Below, in pieces: positions 1 through 11,044 of a stretch of DNA of 64,000 nt (the first letter of the stretch is position 1; each line of letters starts with the position of its first letter). Made by a program: the position numbers and the translations under genes. This DNA comes from Macrostomum lignano (Eukaryota): the NCBI GenBank assembly GCA_002269645.1, contig NIVC01000707.1, positions 124,001 to 188,000 of the forward strand. Direction: 5' to 3'. The notes beneath the pieces were generated by a model. That model made no database searches and was not told the origin of the DNA. It saw only the letters and a list, made by a program, of their open reading frames with translations.

Positions 1-2
1 TA

Positions 3-620
3 TCAGAAGTAGTCTTCAAAGTCCAGAAAGAAGAAGAAGAATTAGTAGGAAAAGAAATGCTTGTGCATCGAGACAATTTAGCTCCAATTCCAAATTCAAC
101 TACAGAACAAATCATTAAGGAAGGCCAGCGAGATGCCCCTGATTCCGCCCCTAATTCTGCCCCTGTTCTAATTCCCACTCCTGCTCCAATTCCCGCCTCT
201 ACTAAACCTAAGAGACAACCTGTAATTAAGGAAGGCCAACCCCGCCGAAATTCCCAAAAACTAATCTTGCCCGAACCAGTTGAATCTGAAGAAGAATCCG
301 ATGAGGAAGACATGAATTGGAGATGCCAAATTAGAGACGCAGAGAATGAAGAGGTAGAAGAAGACAATGAAGCTCAGCTAGAAGAATGGAATGAAGCCCA
401 GACAGAGGAAGAAAATGAAATGACCGATGAGTCAGAGAGTGAGGCCCCGAACGAAGAAATCCCTGAGCCCCAACCTCCCTCTCCTGCCCTGCGAGATCCC
501 AAACCCCCGCGCCGTCACCCTTACAATTTAAGGCCCCCACCCCAAAATAAACAGTGTTGCAACTGCCATCTAGACAGACTACTATTAGCACTAAACCTCT
601 TGCGCAACTTAGAATTTTAG
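3..620 (+). CDS. Gypsy pol/integrase C-terminal tail (5'-partial)
   Basis: Open frame from nt 3 to TAG at 618-620; VHRDNL motif, acidic/Pro-rich linker, HPYNLRP motif. Confidence 0.65.
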   Translation, partial: SEVVFKVQKEEEELVGKEMLVHRDNLAPIPNSTTEQIIKEGQRDAPDSAPNSAPVLIPTPAPIPASTKPKRQPVIKEGQPRRNSQKLILPEPVESEEESDEEDMNWRCQIRDAENEEVEEDNEAQLEEWNEAQTEEENEMTDESESEAPNEEIPEPQPPSPALRDPKPPRRHPYNLRPPPQNKQCCNCHLDRLLLALNLLRNLEF

Positions 621-1024
621 CCCGTCTACACCTTCCTACCCCTCCCTCGCCGTCCCCATTTGCCCAACAGATTCCAAATTTTAGACAAAGAAAGCCCTCG
701 ACTAGACCCCTGCTATGCACAAATAACCCTTTAAAATATCGATCGACAGAGAAATTAGAGCCCAAAGAACATAGAAAATGAGGTGGGTTACAAAAACAAA
801 GGGATCCTCTCTATCTGTGAACAAGAGTCGATAAATAAATGCAAATTTGAGCCGTTGCACAACCAGATCCCAAAACCTCCCGCTTCCTGAAATTCTCGCC
901 TCTTGCTCTATTCAATACTGTCAAGCCCGACTTTTAGTTCCTCAATACTGTCAAGCCAACTTTTTAATTCTTTAATATCCAAGTGATATTTAAACCCTAA
1001 GCTGCTTTAATAGACAGCCTGCCA

Positions 1025-1993
1025 ATGTACTCAGAAGAAAGCCTCAAGCAATTAGAGGATGACCTCCACCTCAGCGATTCTGACACTGATGAGTTCAATG
1101 ATGAGTCAGACGATGACTTGCCTGTCCCAGATCGCCAGCCAACAAAACCAAGTAAGCCCGGTCCAAAGCCCTGAATCGCCTCGGTTGTCACCCATCCACT
1201 GCCGCCATCCACCTCAGACACCCATCCTTCGCCACCGCCTACATCAGCCATTCACCTATCATCTGCCCGAGAAGAGAGAATTAAATTGCTCAAACGTCAC
1301 GCCAACGCTCCTGTCACTGTCTCCCCGGCCATCATTTAGCGCCAACCCCCTGACGCCTGGTCAGCGATTGTATTGACGACGAACGAAGCCCCTCAGCCAC
1401 CAATATGCCAGAGATTAGGCCCCCATCCTTCATCAACGCAGACAGAGCCTCATCCTCGCTCCTGATCTCCACCAAGGCAGCCTGAGAAGCCACTAGTAAC
1501 CCCGCCACCGACGTACGGAGTTTGTTCTATGAATCAGCCACACCCTCGCAATATGCCACCAATCAAGATAGAGCCACTAGACTCTGGCGTGCCACCTCTG
1601 ATGGCAGGATTTGTCCGGCAAGGTCAGCCGCTGCAAGAAATTGGCAGAAACTTTACTCAAGCCATTGAGAGCCTGCCCAAAGCTCAACGTGCTGATTTTC
1701 GCCGCCTGATTATGGCTATGAAGCTTTACCTGATTCATGCCGGAAAATTTCGTGATGGCCAAGAGTTTCCTCAGCGTGAGACTCTGCGACCAGTACTAAA
1801 TAATTTGCGCCAGCTACCACCAGTACACGCGGTTGCCGCCTGGAGGCCCGCAGTGCATTATGCGCTGTCTGACCTTTGCTGCGGACCGCGCCGATTCAAC
1901 AAAGCAAGTCTGCAGATCAAAATCTGCTGGCTTGGCCAGGAATGTGGCTGGCTGCATCGCCACCGACTGCCCGGCAAATTCAATATGTTTTAG
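1025..1993 (+). pseudogene. Decayed extra ORF downstream of pol (323 codons, 3 in-frame stops), C-terminal Cys/His motif
   Basis: ATG 1025 (MYSEESLKQLEDDLHLSDSDTDEF...) is in the same frame as ORF 1529-1993. Only TGA 1172, TAG 1337 and TGA 1463 interrupt it, with no frameshift. It ends ...KICWLGQECGWLHRH (C-x5-C-x3-H). Confidence 0.6.
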
Positions 1994-2423
1994 TAACTGA
2001 TAACATTTGCGTTTTAATATTTCCATTATTTTTCTGTTGTATTTTTTTGCTCGTCTATACGTATTTTTGAAAATTTTCACTATGCATTCAAATTTTTCAA
2101 GTCAGGAAGAGTCACTTTTCATTTTGCCTATTATTTTACATATATTGCCTTAATAAAATACAACTATTTTTCTAAATTCCCAAAAACATCATTGTGCCTG
2201 CATAAATAAATCTTTTATATAGTTAATAATAACTCTTAGTATTGTTTAGTAGCTCAAAGTATAACCTAGTGCTTTTATTAGTTTTAATGCATATGCCATT
2301 TTTGCTATATTTTGTATATAAGCGAAAGAATAAACTGAAAGAGGAGCATCTTCTTCTGCTACCTGGCTTGACTTGTCTGGTCTTGCCTTCGACCTCCTCC
2401 AGCCTATCTATAATTGAGGCTTT

Positions 2424-3034
2424 GTAACTGAACATTGTTCTATAAATAGATCGGAATTGGTCTTAGTCATTTAAAAGTGTTCTGTCTTCCTTCTCCTAAG
2501 GAGCCTTGAGTATCCAGCAATTCTCTTCCCTGTTCTCCCTAGGACATACAGTCCTGCCCGAGCAATTGCTCAACCCCTTCTCTTCCCCCAATAGAACAGG
2601 CGTTTCCTTTCTATTCCCTTCCCCTTTTGTAGACACTTTGTCTACACAGGTGTACAGCCTTATTCCCTCAGACTTACAGTCTGATCCTTGCCTATCTCCC
2701 ATATCTATTAGGCGTACTGCCTTCTTACCGAAAGCGATATTAGACGCTCTGCCTACTCATGCTAGCATATCCTATTAGTTATTAGAAATTCCCCATTAGT
2801 GCGCCAGTTTCCTAGGCAACTCTGATCTATTGCGAAGCCCTTACTCCCCCCCCCCTTACTAAATACTCAGACTAAATAGAGATATAGTGTCTTGCCGCTC
2901 GGACACACCACGCCACCAGGAGCAACCTACGGCTTACTCCTGTCAGTAGTAGAATTTGCATCTTTCTTTATTCCCCAATTAAATCCCTTGTGATAATTTG
3001 ATAGAATAGGAGTCAGTAATCTCACCCTACAACA
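2424..3034 (+). repeat. Putative 3' LTR of the Gypsy element
   Basis: Starts at TGTAAC (~2424) and ends at CTACAACA (3034). No partner LTR in the window and no clear polypurine tract, so the start is uncertain. Confidence 0.3.
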
Positions 3035-3153
3035 GATTTTAGTGATATCAGTGAGATCCTAATAGATTACCCAGGAGCCCTGTGACAGTATATTTAAACA
3101 AATGGCTATTATTCGAGAATATTTAGAAAAGTAAAACAAAACTCAATATTATT

Positions 3154-3191
3154 TGCGACGCGTTTCGGCTAAAACTAGCCATCTTCAGGCA
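3154..3191 (-). ncRNA. Type I minimal hammerhead ribozyme (PLE-associated), intact
   Basis: Minus strand TGC-CTGAAGA-T-GGCTA(GTTT)TAGCC-GAAAC-GC-GTC/GCA: full catalytic core, stem I TGC/GCA, stem II 5 bp, palindromic stem III ACGCGT, GUC cleavage triplet. Confidence 0.85.
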
Positions 3192-3329
3192 CTATCGAAC
3201 AGAATTTATTTCAACCTATTAAATACTGTTTAGACGACAAAATCAGGTATTGAAAAGATATAAAAGGACTAAAGGATCAATGTACAGTATAGCAATGTTC
3301 ATAATATTTTGTGGAATGACAGGACAGAG

Positions 3330-3366
<37 letters not shown>

Positions 3367-3746
3367 GCGTATGCGCCCCAAATGTACTCTAGCTTAGAAC
3401 ACCAACAGCTGTTCACTCGCACCTCCTCCAGATAGTTGGACATTGAGAGTGGGTTTGTGTAACTTAATGTGCAGAGCTTCAAGAATGTTAAGTTTATGCT
3501 CATTTTTGCTGTTGTCTATGACCTTGAAATGAGAGGTTATGTCTGGCTCATCACAACAACCATGGCATTGCAGCAAATGTTCATGAATCGGAGAGTTTCG
3601 TTGCCTATGTTCCTTGGCTCTCGTGAGAAGGTGTCGCTTGGTTTTACCAATGTAGGTAATGCTCTGGTCAACAGAGCAACAAAAACGATATATGACACCT
3701 GCCTTGAGAGCACATGGAACACGAGACTTTAAACTCCCAACAAATT

Positions 3747-4301
3747 TATTTTATTGGTAATTTCTTAGATGAAAAAATTGAAAAAAAGCTTAAACCTAAG
3801 CGGCCAGATAGAGAACCAGGAGAACCAATCTTGACTCTTCCTTTTTTGGGCAACTCTTTGATTGTGTTTAAGAGGCAAATTTGCAAAACTTGCCAAAAAT
3901 TCTTTAAGACTAAGATTCATGTAGTGTTCCGTACTCATAAAGTCAGTCAATTTGTTGGGAGTTTAAAGTCTCGTGTTCCATGTGCTCTCAAGGCAGGTGT
4001 CATATATCGTTTTTGTTGCTCTGTTGACCAGAGCATTACCTACATTGGTAAAACCAAGCGACACCTTCTCACGAGAGCCAAGGAACATAGGCAACGAAAC
4101 TCTCCGATTCATGAACATTTGCTGCAATGCCATGGTTGTTGTGATGAGCCAGACATAACCTCTCATTTCAAGGTCATAGACAACAGCAAAAATGAGCATA
4201 AACTTAACATTCTTGAAGCTCTGCACATTAAGTTACACAAACCCACTCTCAATGTCCAACTATCTGGAGGAGGTGCAAGTGAACAGCTGTTGGTGTTCTA
4301 A
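3747..4301 (+). CDS. Penelope-like GIY-YIG endonuclease (5'-partial)
   Basis: LPFLG linker, GVIYRFCC...YIGKTKRHLLTRAKEH, HEHLLQCHG, NILEALHI...PTLNVQ: the canonical PLE GIY-YIG motifs. Confidence 0.92.
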   Translation, partial: YFIGNFLDEKIEKKLKPKRPDREPGEPILTLPFLGNSLIVFKRQICKTCQKFFKTKIHVVFRTHKVSQFVGSLKSRVPCALKAGVIYRFCCSVDQSITYIGKTKRHLLTRAKEHRQRNSPIHEHLLQCHGCCDEPDITSHFKVIDNSKNEHKLNILEALHIKLHKPTLNVQLSGGGASEQLLVF

Positions 4302-4493
4302 GCTAGAGTACATTTGGGGCGCATACGCCTCATTCTCTCTCTCTCTCTCTTTTTTCTCTGTCCTGTCATTCCACAAAATATTATGAACATTGCTATACTG
4401 TACATTGATCCTTTAGTCCTTTTATATCTTTTCAATACCTGATTTTGTCGTCTACATAGTATTTAATAGGTTGAAATAAATTCTGTTCGATAG

Positions 4494-4531
4494 TGCCTGA
4501 AGATGGCTAGTTTTAGCCGAAACGCATCGCA
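4494..4531 (+). ncRNA. Type I hammerhead ribozyme copy with stem III mutation
   Basis: TGC-CTGAAGA-T-GGCTAGTTTTAGCC-GAAAC-GC-ATC-GCA. A at 4526 replaces G, giving AUC and a C-A mismatch in stem III. Confidence 0.75.
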
Positions 4532-5565
4532 AATAATATTGAGTTTTGTCTTGCTATTATCTGTTAAGAGTGCTTCTCTACCGCAAAAGTAAAACAACAT
4601 ATAAAATTTTATGCGTACATTTGAATTAAAAGCTTTTCTAGGAAACCCTACCACATTATAATAGCTTGAAATTTCATATTATCAAATATAGAATCCAAGA
4701 GAACATACCTAAAATTTTAATACCTTGAAACAAATATGCTTAAAGGTTAAAGCTTAGCATTAATTAGAAAACATATTTATAATGGTCATTTTCAAGTTTA
4801 TAGGCCCTAGACTCTAAGCCTAAGCTCAAAATTTTATAAGCTCAAAGCTTCATCTTTTGGCATGGGTTTCATAAAATCAGGATTTCAGAGGCTTCAAATT
4901 TTAGTCTTTTTAATGCTTTTCTTTTTTTACTTTAAAATTTATCAAACTGTATGCACTAAAAGTAAAACTAAATGCACTTAGTCTTAGGGGCCTACTACAA
5001 TCTTACTTTGGCCTTTATACTAAAATTCTAGCTAGTATGGTAGAACTTCTATAGTAAAAATAAAAATAAAGACTGACAGTGACGTGAAAGTATAATAGGC
5101 CTAAAATAAAGCCACTAAGTAAGATTAGGAATATTCTCAAGATATGATGGTCGATTTATTAGGCATACCACCTAGTCGCTAGTCCTAGTACAGATCATTA
5201 TCACTGCGAAGACCAATTAATGGAATCTAATGCACTCCTCAATATTGTATTGCCTAGATCCAATATACAAAAATGTTTTTTTTATATATTATCTTATAAG
5301 AAGAGAAGTTGGATAGATTAGAAATGTTTTTTAAGAGTTAGGCCCTAAAGAAGTTAAATATTCGAGTACACAATCCTAAATCTTTCTTCAATTAAAACAA
5401 ACGGAGATAACAATAATATATAATGCACACTATATATTGGCTTGAAAAGCAGGACCATTTAAAAGATTTTAAGTTTATTCGCTATAAAAACGCTATCGAG
5501 CTACATCGCCAAATTTGTTTTTTGAAAGCACAATGCTAGGACTTTTGCCAATTTAGTAGCCTTTA

Positions 5566-6455
5566 TAGGGATTGCAATCCCGGGATCCCGAGACACTTTT
5601 TGGCCTGAAGGGATCCTGGGATTAGGGCTCGGGATTCCAGGATTGGAAACTTTTTTGATAAAGTGGGTGATATCCCGGAAATATCAAAATGTTCGTAATT
5701 TAAATGCGTTACACAAGTAACATTCGCGCGTCGTGATCGTGAGTCGTGACGTGACTCTCGATTCTCGAATCGTGACGTGATACAATACATACAATACATG
5801 CGAGTCTCAAACTTGTGTTGTGTTTGTGTATTTGACTACTTGTGTTACTTGTGTAGCTTGTGAAGTTGCTGTGTAACTTGTGTCATGTACATAAAAGCAT
5901 TGAAAAATGACTCATTGACGTCTGCTGGGAGTTCAACGCATTTACTGAAATCAGCCTGCATGTACATGTACTTCTACAGGCTTTGGAAGGAAACAAAAGC
6001 ATGCCTAACTGCCTTGGGCATCGGACCTTGAGTCAAAGGCAATTTGTAAAACAAACTAGAGGTCGGACGAGCAGAAAATTTTGGTCGAGCGTGAAATTTC
6101 GTGAAATTTTCAAAGTCAGGCGTGATCGTGAATTTATACATGTATACATGTATTACGAGAGTTACAAGTGTAGAAAATAACAAAACAAGAAAAGAAACCA
6201 TTATATATTAGATAATAGATACTCGGTAATGCTGTCAAGTCGAGAAATATAAAATGTATTACTGCTTTACACATTTGTGTTCGTAAAATTTAGTAAAATC
6301 AAATAGAAAAGTTATTACTTTTAAAAAACGTTTTAAAAAGCGGGTTTTCTGGCATTCTATCGGCAGAAATGTTTAAAATGTCAATCCCGGGATTGGGTCC
6401 GGGATCCCGGGATTGAGTCATTGCTTCGTCCGGGATCCCGGGATTGCAATCCCTA
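5566..6455. mobile_element. Non-autonomous DNA transposon (MITE), 890 bp, 10-bp TSD
   Basis: TIRs TAGGGATTGCAATCCCGGGATCCCG (5566-) and CGGGATCCCGGGATTGCAATCCCTA (-6455). Flanked by direct repeat GTAGCCTTTA (5556-5565 and 6456-6465). Subterminal GGGAT and TCGTGA repeats. No transposase ORF. Confidence 0.88.
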
Positions 6456-8301
6456 GTAGCCTTTAGCTTAGCTTTGCTACGGGCTGCTGGGCAAAATACA
6501 AATTTGGCAGAATGAAAAGTGAATACTATGCCATTTGGCATTGCGCAACCAGAAATTTCTTAAGGGAAATTAAGGGGGTTGCATGGGGCTGTCTGTTGTT
6601 TAGAATAAAAAGCAAGATCTGGGAAGGGGAGGAGTTTTCGTCCCCTTCCCTCCCGAATGAAATATTTTATTCTTCCCGAATTCCCGAATGGGGCGCGACA
6701 CATGCCACGACCCGTTCCACATTCATGGTATAATAATTTGTGTCGTTTTTAAGATTTCAATGGTCATTTTGGGGGCTCTCAGAATCTGGATTATTTATAT
6801 GAGTTTATGCCCCTTGACATGATCAGGGACAAAATGTTTTGCAAACTGGATGTATAGCGTTTTGAGTGAACGCAAAATATTAGTCATGTCCTGGAATCAT
6901 ATAGTATGGCCAAAAATACCTTGAACTCGTTTTTTTGGCTGCACCAGCGGAGAAAAACGTTTTCAGTCAGACTGAACGTGCGGTCACAGCTAAATTAATC
7001 AACCGGAGGATATTTATACTTCTTATAAACCGTTGCTTTCGTGAGCAAATTTCTCGCTATCAAACTTTGTAGACCCTTTTCATCTAGGCATCCTGAACTG
7101 CACATGCATTCCAATTCAAAGTCTCAAAGTCAAGTTCATGAACTCCAGAAAAGTCCAATTTTATATATTATACCCTGTTGCGAACTCTATACATGCTATT
7201 AAAATGTGAAGCTCTCCTTTGCCCCCTGTGTTTGCTTTCTGCAAGATTGGATTACCAGATGTTGAGAGAAGGTTCAGCAAAAGAATCGTTTCAAGTCGCC
7301 ATGCGCTCTTAGATTGAAACCGTGGACAGTTCTCTGACCTCCGCACGTCAAGGGGGGCTGCTCCGCACTTGGATTGCTTGGATACTAAAAGAAAGCCTCG
7401 ATTCGGTCAAATTTCTGTCTTCCAACCTCCGCCATTGCGCTCAAAACTGCAAGTCTAAAGTATCCGAAAACAATTTGAAAATTGATCAGCTACGCTGCCA
7501 GTGCTTGGGCTGAGCGATTGATTTTCTTCGCCGTTTCGTAGTGGAGCAAAGTTGGAAACGCGGATCGAGTCCTCTCCGCCAGCAACTGTTGCTCTTCGTT
7601 GGACTCGTGTTGGGGTTCTCCGACCCCCCCCCCCCCCAACTCAGTCGTCTCCCAAATGCGGACGCCGCCCGAGTCCAGTCAGCTCAAAGCCCCACCCCTT
7701 TTGCATGAGTCGACCGCGGGGTGAGGAATCGGAACTGGGAGGAGAGACCTGGGGAAGCGGGGAGTCGCTGGCGTGCAGAATAAAACCCCCCAGACTGACT
7801 CTTGCTTCCGCTAATTTCCTGTTCTGGCGCGGCCTGAACTGCCTTGGCTCTGACGGACTCGCAAGGTAAGCAAGCGGAAGCGCCGCCACTATCGCAAAAT
7901 ACATTGAAAATCACTGCAGACAGCCTGGTTGAGCTGCCGTGCCGCTGGCTCTCTCTGCCAACACTTTCGAGCAATTTTGCGTTGATTGCCTCGCAACGCA
8001 GAATGCAAATCATTCCCAGGCCTGAAAGGCGCGCTCCACTTGCTGAGTCTCCATATTAGCTGCACCATGCAGTCTGATTTCAGCAGCGGGCGTATCAAGG
8101 CCGTTCACGCGGAACAGTCCCTCAGACCACACTGCAGCTATAAACAGAGGCCCTTGCTCGATTGCACCTGCACTAACACCTCAGTGTATAAAACGCCTTC
8201 TGCTCGGCTACAACACCCTACGCCTAGAAAAGCTACACTTCATTCGCTTCTCTTGCTCTTAACTTTAATTTGTAGAAGCCGAGAAGTTCGCACCAACTGA
8301 C

Positions 8302-11044
8302 ATGCCAATCTCTTCTGGCGCTGGCGGTAGAGGACGATTGGGCGGCCGCGACACTTCGCGACCATCGGCCTCGATTTCGTCGGCCCGGTCGACTCCCAAC
8401 TTGGCGCAGCCAGTCGGCCAGTCGGGCCAGAGCCGCACGGGCAGGCGGATGATCGACGCTCCGCCCAGAGTGGAGACGCGAAGACAACTCGGCAGTCAGA
8501 CTCTCTACGGCAGCCGGCCGCCTTGGGCAACGGACGAGGACGCACCGAGTCTGAAAAAGGAGCAGCAAACGCCTACGACTCCTCAACAGCCGCAACCGCC
8601 CTTCTATCCAGCGGGCGGGGAGCTGCTGCACGGCGAGGCTACCCGAATGCGCCGGCTAAAGGCGGCCCGGGAACTGTACAAGTCGCCGCACAGCCGGCGC
8701 AAGCACAACACAGGCAGCGTGGACGACTTGCTTCGAGACTGCGCCGTCTCCGACCACTCGCACTCGCCCAGTCCTTTGCGCAGAGCTCCTTCGGCTGCGT
8801 CCTCGACAAACGACCTGCAGGCTCAGCGAGAGCGCTCGACATCGAGGCCGGGACACAGCACCTGCAGCACTGGCGTCGGTACCTCGGACGGACCAATTGG
8901 CGGCTCACCGACTCGCCGCCGACGAAGAAACGACAATTCCATCGAGTCTGACGACAGTCTGGAGGATGGTGACGATAGGAAGATGCGGGCTGGCGCGGCC
9001 AGCAGCGGCACCCGTCACTCACGTCCGCGTCAGAGCCGCATCAGCCGCGGGACGTCTCCGCCGCCACCACAAAAGCCGCTGTACGTGGACACCGGCTGCG
9101 ACGCATCGGACTGGGGTGCCAGGAAGTCGCCTACGCGTCAAAACTTCGCTCGTACAAAAATGCCGCCCAGTCTGAAACCGGCTGCAGATCGCAAATACGT
9201 GCCTCCTGCGCCTGTCCGTCATCCGAGCCCGTCGATAAAACGGCACGACTGCCTGCCGTCGGAAAACCCACCCTTCCGGGCTCGGCCAATGCCGGACTTC
9301 CGGCGGGTCAGCCCGAGCCCCGGGCGCAACCGATCGCGCTCGCAGTCGCCAGTACGGCCAGCCGCGGTGGCACAGACTTCAAGCGCTACCACCTCCGGCT
9401 ACCGCAGCGGCGGCGGGAGCAGCCCACCCAGGCGTCGCGATCAGCAGCCGGGACGGCGACGCAGCATGGACGAGGACTCGCTGACGGAAGCGAGCAGCAC
9501 GGGCCCCGGGGACCGGTCGGTAACCACGGAAATTGTACAGCCCCGGCGGGCGCCCGATGACAGACGGTCGGCTGCAGCGGATGCCGTGGACAGCGGGTTC
9601 CGCAGTTTAGAACAGGTGAGTTCGCGACTTGCCGTAATTGCCGCCATTAAGTTTGCAGTGCCGCAACTCCTCGTAAGCAGTGGGACTTGTCAAATGTGTG
9701 ACCCGTAGTTTAGAGAATTCGCAACTCTTATTGGTATACTGATCGTATCGTCATTAACTTCCGCCCCTGTTGCTTCTGGTGGTGCCGCCTCTTTGCATGC
9801 AGCAATTAGATACATGTAGTGCCACGCTGTTGCATTCGCTTCTGAGCTCCCCTACCAGTTTTGCCAGGGACCCCAAATCGAGGGGCTCCTACCCGGCCTT
9901 GCAGGAACCCGCCATACAGCAGCGCGGCGGAGGCAGCGGGCGCAGCAGCCTCCTCCTGGTGCCAGAAAAAGTGTTCAAGGACCGCTCTGTAACGGACATT
10001 GACTTGGACGAGATTTTCGGCACAAGCGGACAGCCGCCGCAGCAGCAGCAGTGGCGGCAGCAGGCGGCGCCATCGCAATCCTACTCGCAGCCTACTGAAG
10101 TCGGCGAAAATAACGGCGAGGTGAATGAGCGAATCCAGTACTGGCTGAAGCGGAACATTTACTTCCACGCCTGCGAGCCTGCCCCAGACTCGCAGCCGCA
10201 GCCGCAGCAGCCACAGCAGCCACGGTCCAAGTACGCGTCGAGCCCTCCAAGCTCGGAGACGCTTCGCTCCATGTCCGAGCACCGGCCGCAGCAGCCGCAG
10301 ATGGAGATAATCGTCCAGCGCACCGACGTTCACCAGTTGCCGCCAGCCAAATCCGGCGACGCGCCGAGGCACGTGTCGACCGTGGAGTATCCGGTGCGCA
10401 AGTTCCAACAGCTGCCCTACGGATACCTGAGCCCATCTTCTTCCGAGGATGACGGCAGCTCAGGTGAGGAGGATGCGGGAGGCAGGCCAAGCGCCCCTGG
10501 GGCTGAGATCCTGCGCCAGGCGGTGGTGTACACGAGGTCCAGCGGCGCGGATTCCGGCTTCTGGTTCTCCGACGAGAACGGTGGCGCCCCGCGCAGCCTC
10601 GGCACGGCGTACAACGGGGTTCCGGCGCAGCCAGGCCAACAGCAACGGCCGGGCTCGGCGGCCTCCTCGTCCGGGGGTTCCTCGCGTGGCGGCGGCCGAG
10701 TCCGGGCTTTGGCCAGTCGCTTCAACCAGCAGCAGCCGGCGCTGTCCAATGGGGAGTACCTGTCTTCCTACCAGCAGCTGGTGACCCCGGGGCGCCCCCA
10801 GCCGCAGAGGAACGGCCCCGCAGCCGGTGGCAGCCGACAGTCGGGCGCTCCGATGGTTTCCTCGCAGCTGCGCCGGGCGACGCCGGGCCAGTCTCCGGCG
10901 CCTGCGTCGGCCGCCGCGGACTCCAAAACCTTCTACTTCGGCGACAGCGCTCTGGTGAGCAAGCGGGAGCAGCGGGAGCACTGGGCCAGCGACTATTTCA
11001 ACCGGCCCAAGATCGAGATCATCGACCGGTCCGGCGGTCAGTAG
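8302..11044 (+). CDS. Two-exon gene, join(8302..9615,9905..11044), ~817-aa Arg/Ser/Pro/Gln-rich disordered protein of unknown function
   Basis: Donor CAG/GTGAGT at 9616 and acceptor TTGCAG at 9904, both phase 0, join two long GC3-rich ORFs. Possible 5'UTR intron 7866-8275 (AAG/GTAAGC ... polypyrimidine TTTGTAG). No recognisable domain. Confidence 0.72.

Larger units (their letters stand above)
1..3034 (+). mobile_element. Gypsy/Ty3-type LTR retrotransposon, 3' portion (pol C-terminus, extra ORF, probable 3' LTR)
   Basis: Frame from nt 3 reads SEVVFKVQKEEELVGKEMLVHRDNLAP...RRHPYNLRP, resembling the post-integrase V-x-x-V...VHRDxL and RxYxLRP motifs of Gypsy pol. The segment ends in an LTR-like terminus ...CCCTACAACA at 3034. 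The 5' part lies outside the window. Confidence 0.65.
3133..4549 (+). mobile_element. 5'-truncated Penelope-like element with inverted duplication (arms ~3133-3746 and 3949-4549)
   Basis: The left arm is the reverse complement of the right arm, differing in (GA)n length and a few SNPs. The right arm carries a GIY-YIG ORF, and both arms end in hammerhead motifs. This is the typical inverted pLTR structure of PLEs. Confidence 0.9.

Noticed and set aside
2242-2427. env-like transmembrane remnant
   Set aside because: Short AT-rich ORF with stops just upstream; hydrophobicity is explained by base composition.
3040-3059. Degenerate tRNA-Leu PBS-like sequence after the putative LTR (TAGTGATATCAGTGAGATCC)
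   Set aside because: It needs about 6 substitutions to match, and a PBS is not expected after a 3' LTR; untestable without other copies.
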